A stretch of 64,000 nt of DNA from Salpingoeca rosetta (Eukaryota > Protista > Choanoflagellata), in contig JAWQFM010000021.1 of the NCBI GenBank assembly GCA_033442325.1, positions 265,854 through 329,853 on the forward strand, in the 5' to 3' direction. Under the pieces are notes generated by a model. That model searched no databases. It was not told where the DNA came from and was given only the letters and a program-made list of their open reading frames with translations. Positions 49,318 to 64,000 of the stretch are shown here, in pieces. Position 1 is the first letter of the stretch. Every line of letters starts with the position of its first letter. The position numbers were made by a program, and so were the translations under genes.

Positions 49318-50462
49318 CTTTGGTGGACGCAGGCGCTGAAGACGGACAAGCCGTGGCTGCAGGGCCTGACGACCTTCCACAGCGTGCACGCACCACTGAC
49401 CCGCACCCTCAATCGCGCCTTCACCGAACTCGATTCTGATGAGCAGCTCGTCAACGCCGCCGACTACAACATGATCCTCCAGGTGTGCGTGTGTGTGTTA
49501 TTGTTGGTGGTGGTGGTGGTGTACTGCGTTTTGTGGAGTGTGTGTTGGATCTGTCTGTGCCTCTTGCTTTCTCTCTCTCTCTCTCTGCGCCTCCGTATAC
49601 CTGACTGTTTCTTGACTGCTCACAGAATGGCCTGCACACTCGTCACCACTGTAACCTCTTCCACTTCCACACCCCGCCCACCCCCCCCCAAAAAAAAAAA
49701 AAAAACACGACATTTCACCAGATGTACCGACGTGTGCGGTCGGCTGCGTGGCGATGCGACATGCCCTCCAGCGTCGCAACAGAATCCCGCGCCGCGCTCT
49801 GCTCTGCCCCCGCGCTCAGGGTGCGGCTGGAACGCTTTCTCTTCGACGCGGACGTGTGTCTGTCATTGCAGGACTGGAAGGTGGCTGTCTCCTCCACCCC
49901 GCGCCTTCCAATCACAGCCAGCGGCGATGATGTGAACGCAGATGGCGGTGCCGCTGGTCACGAATACATGCAAGCAGCCGGCCCTGACGGTCATGACAGC
50001 GACAGGAATGGTGATGCTGATGCTGAGGGCGATGACTCTCGCTTGCGCAACGCCGTGTTCACATATGTTGCGTTTGGTCGCAAGGCAACCTCAAAACGCT
50101 TCCTCACCGTTCTCATCAAGGTTGGTCGGCAAAAGAAGGAGAAAGACGACAATGATAGTTGCTCTCGCTGCGCTCGCTGCTTGTACTGTTGTTTGCTGTT
50201 TTGCGTTTGCTGCTGTGCTTTCGATCTGTTTTGGGATTGCTCCTTAGTTTCTGTCGATGTTGCAAGCATCTCAGCCACCCGTGTGCGCATGCTCACACTG
50301 CTCGCCCGCTCCCCGCCATCAGAGTCTGCGCGATACCGGCAGCGATGCGGATGTGATTGTCGCCGTCGCCTCGAGTGACTTTGACCCGGCCCTCGAAAGC
50401 ACCGCGCAGGAGTTTAAGGTGTGTTTTTACGCTCTTGCCCGTGTGTGTTGTGTGTGTGTCTG

Positions 50463-50502
<40 letters not shown>

Positions 50503-51705
50503 CCCCCACCCACCCCCCGTTTGTCACATGACGACCTACAAACATTCACACACACACACACACACACGCATCTTGTGTTACCAGAACGTGGCTGTGGTGT
50601 CATATGATCGCAAGAAGGTGCGCAAGACCCACCGCACGCTTGCGGATGTTCCAGCCAGCTACTCGTCCTGCGTGTGGGCAACGGTGCTCCACCACGTGGA
50701 ACACAAGTACAACCGCGTGCTCACGGTACGCACGCGCGCCTGTGTGTTGATGAACGATGCTTGGTGGGGTTTCATTTGTTGATGTGGATTGCTGCTGTTT
50801 CTGCCTTGTTGTGCTTGGCGCTTGTGCACGTGCATCGGCCATACCCCTCCCCCCCCCCCCCGAGAGCTGGTCTCACGCTTCCTCCCGGCCCACCACTGAT
50901 TAACACCAACCAACCAACCAACTCATCCCCCAACCCGACGCACTGCCACGCCTGCGATTACGATGACAACAGACGACGATGGACACGTACTTCCAGCGAG
51001 ATCCGTTTACAGACATTGCTGACCGGGGCGGCGTTGCGCACTTCCTCACCAGCCCCACCATGACCTACCTCTCGCAGGACTATGGTGGGTGGATTGCCGA
51101 CGCCAACACGCAGGCGCCACACGACTACCTGCGTCCGGAGCAGTGCAGCGAGCCAGACAACTGCCTGGAGCATCGCATCCAGGTCAACCTGGTGGTGATG
51201 CTTGGGCAGGCCACCGCCGTCCGCAAAGCACTCACCGCCGTCAACCACCTCGTTGTCAAGGAGCGGTATGTTCGCTGATTGCGCTTTTTTTTTTTGTGTG
51301 TGTGTGCGTGTGTTGTGTGGGCGTGGGATGATGGCGTTAGAGCTCTGTGTGTGTATGTCTGTCTGTGCGCATGTGTGCGTGTGCGTGACCTTGTCGTTGT
51401 TCGCCCTCTCACATTGTTGTGTTTCGGTTTCGTTGCTTCTTCTTCTCGTCGCTGGGGTGTCCTGTTCTTCTACTTGTTTCTTGCCTCCACCCCTTCCCCC
51501 CCCACAGCAACACATACAAGCAGGCGTTTACCGACCACGTGCGCCTGCGGTATGCAGCACGCATGTTCCTCAACGCCACGCTGTACAACGCGTACGACGG
51601 GCCTGCCATCTGCCTCGCCTCTTACCGCTGTCTCTTTGAGCACAACATTGAGAACTTTCTTCGCCGCGACCTCAGCGCTCGCGTTCGCTTCGGACCAAGC
51701 GGAAG

Positions 51706-51740
<35 letters not shown>

Positions 51741-52141
51741 TGTGTGTGTGCGTGCGTGTGTCTGTGTGTCTGTGTGTGTGTACGCGCGACCACTTGCATG
51801 TGAGGGTGCCAAGTTTATGCAAGCGCTCATGCAAGGGCTCGTGTCAGCGTTCGCGGCGATCGAGCCCCCCCCCATCACATGACCTCACAATGCCCCGCTC
51901 CCTCCCCTCTTCGTCCCTCTCCTCCTTCTCCCCTCTCTTGTGCAGGTTGATTGTCAACCCGGACGAGCGACCGGTGGTGGTCAACGCACGAGGCGATGTT
52001 GCAGCAATTGTGTCTGGGTATGCCGCCGCACAGCAGCACGGCCACCGCAAGTTTGTCGCTGAAGCGAAGCGGCGCGGAGCAACGCAGCGCAAGCGCGAGC
52101 AGCGGCGCCGAGACAAGAACGCACCGCACCTCATTGGCTGA
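45967..52141 (+). CDS. Type II membrane glycosyltransferase: N-terminal TM, long acidic stem, GT31 (Fringe/core-1 galactosyltransferase-like) domain and a second GT-A-like domain
   Basis: [21 protein letters not shown]; [51 protein letters not shown]. Second domain [55 protein letters not shown]; stop 52139-52141. Confidence 0.8.
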
Positions 52142-52338
52142 TGCGTTCGTCAATGTCAGTGTCGCTCGTTGCATATTGTCATACATATCATACACTGTGT
52201 AGGAGTTGTTACATTAGGACAGACTTTCGACCTTTCCCTCTCAATCTCTTCTACCTTATTTCCTCCTTCCTCCCTCTCTTCATTACTTTTTTTCCATAGA
52301 TTGATTGTATAGCTCTCATCTTGCACAGTACACAAGCA

Positions 52339-52387
52339 GAAGAAGAAGAAGAAGAAGAAGAAGAAGAAGAAGAAGAAGAAGCAGAAG

Positions 52388-52460
<73 letters not shown>
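52339..52460. repeat. Compound (GAA)n(CAA)n microsatellite between convergent genes
   Basis: Directly visible. Confidence 0.9.
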
Positions 52461-52461
<1 letters not shown>

Positions 52462-52581
52462 GAGGAGCAAGAAGAACAAGAAGGAGAAGTGTAGTATTGA
52501 AGTGAAACCACGACCTCGAGGTAAACACGAACCAGGACACACACTGCTGGGGCATTGGCAGGGAGGGGGCGAGACAGAAAA

Positions 52582-53496
52582 TCAGTAAACGGGACCGAGG
52601 TGAGCGAGCGACATGTGTTCCTGCATCTCCGCGACTGTTTTCGCACCTTTCCAGCACAGTGGGCAGCGCCACGGGAAGCTGCTGGCGTCCCCATACGCCG
52701 GCATTGATGTGTATTCCTCGATCTTGTGGGTGAGGCACATCGTCGCAATCATCTCGATGGCTTCGACGTGTTCCCCGGGGGGGACGACGTCGATGACAAA
52801 GATGATGCCGTAAATCGTCTCGTCGTGCGGGGTTTCGCCAGCTGGGAGGAGGTCACTGTGCACACCGCGATAGTAGTGCTTGCATATCGTGAATGGCGAA
52901 GCGTGGCCGACGCGGAACAGCCTGTGCGACAGGGGCTGTCCGGCCCTGCAGGCATATGTGACGTAGATCACTGCAAGCAATTGAGGGGGGGAGGAGGGTT
53001 GTAAGCGTGAGATTGATGTGCGATGGAGGGAGATGTTAAACAACAGAGTGAACAGCAGCACATCGCATGATCACGCGCCAAGTCGGTACTGGCAGTTTCA
53101 CAAACACAATGACATCCAGTCAATACCTTGTGGGTTGAGAGCGAGAGAGAAGCGCATGTCCACGTGCAACATAATCCCGTCTTCAGTTTCGGCGCGGTGG
53201 AGGAGCTGGTTGAAGATGCCGTATCGCTCTGGACTGTCTGGTGGCAGCCTGCTCACGCCCCTCTCGATAAAGGCACGCAGAGCCACGAGCCCCTCGTCGG
53301 TCATCTCGGCGAGTGCGTCCTTGATTGAGGACAGGTTCAGAATCCGCTCGACGTCTTGTCGGCCCGAGGTGAAGTCCGCGTGCTCGGTCACGACGCGCTC
53401 GACCTCGGCGATGATCGAGTCCCGTTCAGCTGCATCCAAGGGCGGTGGAGCTTCAGTCAAGGGTGCATCCCATGGCGTTCTTGGCGTTGTCGACAT
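52582..53496 (-). CDS. Hypothetical ~252-aa protein with a single C-terminal C2H2 zinc finger (2 coding exons)
   Basis: Exons 53496-53127 and 52970-52582 join in phase via a GT-AG intron; host-like codon usage; FPWRCPLCWKGAKTVAEMQEHMSLAH. Confidence 0.7.
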
Positions 53497-53587
53497 ATCG
53501 GTGGTGTACAGTGAGGCGTGTGTGTGTGTGTGTGTGTGTGCAGCGAGGCGTGTGTGTGGGTGGGTGTGGGTGCAGTGAGGCGTGTGT

Positions 53588-53690
<103 letters not shown>

Positions 53691-54871
53691 GGTGCAGCGA
53701 GGCATGTAAAATGAGGCGTGTTTGTGTGTGCAGTGAGGCATGGTGATGTGCCTCGAGGCAATAGACGGGGCAAGCGTCTCGAGGTGGCAAGCAGCAAACG
53801 GCTGTCACAAACCTCGGCAAATAGGGGCTTAAAGATGAACGCATAGGCGCTCACTCCCAGAGCGTATTTCCCGCGCAAACCTCATTGGCCGAACAATGAA
53901 TGGATGAACAACGACAGCGGGCGGGACTGCGATTTGAACACGAACGCAAGCGACTTCGGTCCCGCGCGTGGGAGCGACATGCTGAACGTGGTCACGGGCA
54001 TCTCACGCGCGCCATCCATTGCCTGCACAAGGCACAGCAGGATACACAAAAACTGAAGACACTGCCAACATCGAGCCTTGGCAGCGATGCAAGCAAAGGC
54101 CGGGGCGCGATGCAAAGAGGGACGTGCAAAAGCCAGCGGCGAAGAAATCAATTGTGATGATGGCGGCGAGAGGGGGGGGGGGTAAGTGATGATGACGCCT
54201 GGGGGGAGAGCGCTGATGATCACTACGACGATCAACCGCCAGTTCAACTGCCGCAACGCACGTTCTCACAGCGGCAGTCAGGCAGCCACAGAAGCAACAG
54301 CAGCCGGTACCGCCTCAGCGCCTCGCTCAGCAAACCACGCCAAACAAGCGTAAGCCCCACAAATGCGGGTGGTGTGGGCAGATGCTCAAAGGCCGCACGC
54401 CCCGTGCAAGGGCGGCTTCGAGTGTACGCGATGCGCAAGGCAGTGCACGGCGCCGAACCAGGCACATGGCGTCATTGCCATCACCCCCATCACCTTCCCC
54501 TCAAGCGATGAAGAGGACGAGAACGCAACGATTGCTTGACATGCAATTGCGTTCGGGGCGAGCAGCTTTTGTTGCTTCTGCTGTTCTGCGCCGTATGCAA
54601 GAAATTCACACAGTGAAGAGAGCAACATCAACAACAACACGACGTTGCTTTGTCTGTCTGTCTGGCGGTGTTGTGGTGATGGCGGCTGCTGGAAGTTCAT
54701 TTATCATCTCTCTGCCATCGATCAACAGACCAAGCAAGCAACCAAAAGCAACCTACCTTGTGTGACTGGCTAAGCAGCAACGAAGCGTAGACAACCCCGC
54801 GCCCCCTTCACTTGCTCCTACAACTACTACGACTACTGCTCCTACATACTACGACGACAACCACCACCACC

Positions 54872-56363
54872 ATGTCCAACCTTCCCGACGACCAGATTCT
54901 CAAGCCAACGAAGACGCTCAAGCTTGAGGATGGCTTGACCCTGTACACGTTCTACCTCGAGTGCTTGGCCCACGGCTCGTACATGGTGTGCCACGAAGGC
55001 AACTGCTTCATCGTGGACCCGCGCCGCGACATCGGCATCTACTCCAAGTACCTGCAGGACCACAACCTCAAGCTCAAGGGCGTCCTGGAGTCGCACCTGC
55101 ACGCCGACTTTGTCTCCGGCCACATGGAGCTGCACAAGCGCTACGGCGCAACCATCTTCATCGGCGAGGACGCCGGCGCCCAGTTCCCGCACTACCCCTG
55201 CGGGGACGGCGAGATGTTGCTGCTCTCCAGCAAGTACGCCATCCGCGCCATGCCCACCCCCGGCCACACCCCGGGCTGCGTCACCTGGGTTGTTGTTGAG
55301 CGTGCCACAGACAAGGCCGTCATGGCCTTCACCGGCGACACCCTCTTCGTTGGCGGCTGCGGGCGCCCGGACCTCGTCGGCGCCCTCAACCCGGACCTCA
55401 CCCCAGAGGTGCTCTCCAAGATGATGTTCAAGTCCCTGCGCGAGAAGATCCTCTCCCTGCCGGACGAGTGCCTCGTCTTCCCCGCCCACGGACCCGGCTC
55501 GCCCTGCGGCAAGGGCATCAGCGCAGATCTCTCCTCCACCATCGGCAAGGAAAAGGAGACCAACCCTGCCCTGCAGATTGACGACGAGCAGAAGTTCATC
55601 GAGTTCAACACCGCTGGCCTCGACACCGCGCCGCAGTACTTCCCCAGCGCCGTCATGGCCAACCTCAAGGGCGCTGACGACCTTGACAGGGAGGTGGAGA
55701 ATGTGACATCACTGTCCATCTCCGAGTTCAAGGCCGCCATGGGTGACGACGTCGTCATCCTCGACACGCGCAACGCCGGGCCTTTTGCCGCCGGCCACAT
55801 CAAGGGTGCTCTCAACATCCCGCTCGGCCTCGGCGGCGGCGTGCACCTGGAGTATGAGGACGGCAACTTTGCCATCTGGGTGGGCACGCTCATCGCGCCC
55901 AAGGCAAAGGTGCTCATCATTGCCGAGGAAGGCAAGGGCAAGGAGGCCATTGAGCGACTGGGCCGCATCGGCTATGCCCAGCAGATCATCGGCAACCTCA
56001 AGTCTGGCATGGAGACCTGGATTGAGGCCGGCGAGCCCGTGGACAAGTTTGACAAGATCACAGTGGTAAGCAGAGATAGACGGCGTGTGCGTGTGTGTAT
56101 GTGTGTGCGTGTGCATGTGTGTACATGCATGTGAGAGGGTGTGTGCATGTGCGTGCATGTGTGCATGCGTGTGCATGTGCGTGCATGCATGCAAACATAT
56201 GCTTGCGAACATGTCGTTGTGTGCATGAACTTGATTTCTTGTTGGTTGCCTATGTTGGCTGGCTTGTACATCTTCTTCTCTGCTTTCATTTGTTTCCCCT
56301 GACACTAACACCATCATCCCCTCCCCTCTTCCCTGCCCTCCTCCTCCATCACAACCACGTTAC

Positions 56364-56394
<31 letters not shown>

Positions 56395-56968
56395 GTCATC
56401 ATCATCGTCATCATCATCAGGAGAGCGCCGACACCATCCGCCAGCTCCAGGCCAAGGGCTATGTCATTGTGGACACGCGCACATCTGGCGAGTACTCGTG
56501 CGTCGTTCGCGGCCACGTCAAGGGATCCATCAACCTGCCCCTCGCAGAGGTGTGTTTGTGCGTATGTGTGTGTGTATGTATGTGTGTGTCTGGTGCATGC
56601 ACGCATGTATATGTGTGTGTGTACTTGCACGTTTGCCCCTCTCTTCTTTGCTTCGCATTGCTCTCGTGCACGCTCATCCTCACACGATTCCCCCTCCACC
56701 AAACCATCAATCCCCACAGCTCCCCCAGTCGTGCTCTGCACTGGACCGCGACAAGAAGTATGTCGTGTACTGCCTTGGCGGATTCCGCAGCGCCATTGCC
56801 GTGTCGCTGCTGCGCCAAAAGGGCTTTGATGCCGTCGACTTTGTTGGCGGTTACGACCGCGGCATCCTGGCAAAGGGGTGCGAGATGACCACTGCACAGC
56901 CCGACGTGTGCGACAAGGCCAAGGCTGCAGCTGAGGAGGCAAGCAAGCCCACCACCGTCTCCATCTAA
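54872..56968 (+). CDS. CstB-like persulfide dioxygenase (MBL fold) + pseudo-rhodanese + catalytic rhodanese fusion, 3 exons
   Basis: Exons 54872-56065, 56420-56549 and 56720-56968. CLAHGSY, IVDPRRD, ESHLHADFVSGH, TPGHTP, FTGDTLFVGGCGRPDL, PAHGPGSPCGK; LDTRN..FAAGHIKGALNIP; VDTR..GHVKGSINLPL..VYCLGGFRS. Confidence 0.93.
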
Positions 56969-57780
56969 CACCGCCACTGCTCCCTGATGATGATGATTGT
57001 GGGACGATATGATGTGCGACTGCCGTTGCCGTTGTTGTTGTTGTTGTTGTTATCGTTGTGGTGGTGAAGGTGGTGGTGTGCTTCTTTGAAAACCCTGGCT
57101 AGTTGCTGATGTACAGATTTGACCAATGGGTGTGTGTGTGTGTGTGTGTGTTTGCGTTTCATTGCTTTGCCCTTCCTCTATATTTTCTGGCTGATACTGA
57201 TTCTTATCTTACATGATGCGACACGTCTCACCTCCGGGGACTGTGTGTGTGAGCGTGTGTTCTGGTTCTTTGTGTTCTTTCCTCATGCGTCATGTTCAAC
57301 TTCGCGTATTTCGCATCAATCAATCAACCAATCAAAGTAAAGAGCCCAAAGGAAAGAAGGTCAGTAAACGAGGAGCATGCATGCAGTTGGGGATGGTGGC
57401 GCTGTCACGAAAGAAGACGAGCAACGGACACATGAGAACAGTGAACGCAAATGAAGACGCGCGTACATGTGGGAGAACAGGGGCTTAGGCACAGAAATGC
57501 GCGTGTGAGTGTGTGTTGGCAGCGTGAAGCACACGAAGCGGCAAGCAACTCAAACGGCGTGCGTGGAGCAAACGCCGTTGCACGCAACGAAGAATACATA
57601 ATGAAGCAGTGTGAAGCGCACAAAGGAGATGGTAGTAGGTTGGTCGCGTGCAAGGCAAATACAGACGATTAACTGAAAACACAAACAAGGCTTGTCGTGC
57701 AACAACCAGCGCAAGGAAACACGAAACAAGTGGGATGGACGCTATGCAGAGCAAAACACCGCAGCATGAAACCTGCGCTG

Positions 57781-62627
<4,847 letters not shown>

Positions 62628-63594
62628 GACGCTTTTGCTGTGCGTGGTGCTTGATGTTGGTGGGTGAGATGGATGTGTGCGCGTCGTCTTCTGCGTTTTG
62701 CTTCTACCCATCGAAAATTGGTATAAATCATACACAAAAAGTCAAGGCAGTGATTGTGCTTGTTGTTGTTGTTGTTGTTGGTGTTGTTGTTGGCGTTGTT
62801 GTTGTTGTTGTGTGTGCATGTGTGTGTGTGTGTGTGTATGTGTGCATGACTCCTTTCCTTCACGATGGAACTCCTTTGCTTTCCTTTCTTCCCTTTCCAC
62901 TCAGCCCGCTTTCTGTTACTCCCCATTGCAGCAGTCACCGTGGTGTCTGCAGTTATGTATTTAATGTATGTAAAAGTAGAGAGGCACAAGGGGGCAAAAG
63001 GTGGCGCATGGCGCCAGGCATGGGAGCAAAATAAACAGGCATAACATATCGTCAACTGGCACGTCCTCAAGTAGACGCACAACCAAGAACAAGAACAACA
63101 AGAACAACACGTGTTTCAAGACGTGGCAAGGCAGGGGGGGGGGGGATGAGAGAGGTCCCCCCCCCCAAAGTAAGCAACAACAAGCAACAAATGTGAGGAG
63201 CAAAAGAACGTACCCATCAATGTCACACACTGTAACCTGCGGTGCAGTGCTGTCGCCACAGCGCCAATGAGCAGCACATGGGGCCTTTAAAGAAGTAAGA
63301 AGGGGGGGGGGGGAGGAGGCAATACAAATAATAGGGGAAAAAGGAACAACAGGGCAAAGTAGGTGTACACGTGTAGTTAGGACGCAGTGTGCCTCCTTCT
63401 CATAGTATGCAGAACTTATCGAACATAAAAAAAAACGCAGAACGGTATCGTAGTAAGCAAACAAGCTTTTGCTGGCATCCAAGCCACAGCAACAAGTGAG
63501 CGAGAAATCCAATTATGTGGGTAGGAGCGAATACAGTATCTGGGCGTCGCCTCTCGCTCGCTCCGCTAACAAGAGGAAACCAACCTCAAAGAAC

Positions 63595-63667
<73 letters not shown>

Positions 63668-63683
63668 CCCGCCCTTTGTGTGT

Positions 63684-64000
63684 TCAGTCCTCATCCGAGG
63701 GCTGCGGGGAGGTGATGCCGGAGGTGGGCAGCTGCAGCGGCGTCACCGGCTCCCGCAACAGCTGCCGCGGGCTGTGCACCACTGCATTGCCATCTCCTTG
63801 CTGCTGCGGCTGTACATGGTGGTGGTGCACGTGGGGCGGTGGGGAGCTGGTGCCGGCGCTCTGCACGCGGACCGCAGGCGTGGGTGCGCTCGACTCTGGG
63901 AGGCGGAGGGTGCCGTCCGGGTTCATGTACGCCTCAACGGCTGGTGCACCAGACTGCACAAGCTGCCGCCGCTTCATCGCAATCACATCTTCCTCCTCCT
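63684..64000 (-). CDS. Last coding exon (partial) of an unidentified gene entering from the right edge
   Basis: Open frame EEEEDVIAMKRRQLVQSGAPAVEAYMNPDGTLRLP...PQPSDED* with coding-like composition, followed by a microsatellite. Confidence 0.6.
   Translation of the reverse strand, partial: EEEDVIAMKRRQLVQSGAPAVEAYMNPDGTLRLPESSAPTPAVRVQSAGTSSPPPHVHHHHVQPQQQGDGNAVVHSPRQLLREPVTPLQLPTSGITSPQPSDED

Noticed and set aside
54154-54222. Possible C/D-box snoRNA (GTGATGA...CTGA)
   Set aside because: Boxes fall in TGA-rich low-complexity, G-run sequence and I cannot identify an rRNA guide.

Overview
Intron-rich eukaryotic DNA with (CA)n/(TG)n microsatellites in nearly every host intron. Composition and gene content suggest a choanoflagellate such as Salpingoeca rosetta (inference). 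Most short ORFs in the track are microsatellite noise, so I rebuilt genes by following GT-AG exons. Left to right: RPB5 (minus, 3' end not found); a divergent P5A-ATPase with two apparent lesions and an assembly gap; and a young Ty1/copia element (12878-24099) with identical 168-bp LTRs ending TG...GA, a 5-bp TSD and a PBS matching an elongator tRNA-Met anticodon arm. Its gag-pol is split by a 6020-bp Mutator-like transposon (14138-20157; 10-bp TSD, tandem-repeat TIRs) encoding an apparently intact 7-exon, ~1316-aa transposase-SWIM-polyQ-polyE-Ulp1 protease fusion. Next come a giant secreted multi-lectin/FG-GAP/mucin protein, a CFP1/Spp1 homologue without CXXC, a divergent 26/29-kDa-type cathepsin, a two-domain Golgi glycosyltransferase, an orphan C2H2 protein, a bacterial CstB-type persulfide dioxygenase-rhodanese, an LRR receptor TKL kinase and the 3' end of an unknown gene. 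The strongest novelty candidates are the nested MULE-Ulp1/copia pair, the giant lectin and the CstB-like gene. No database searches were run.
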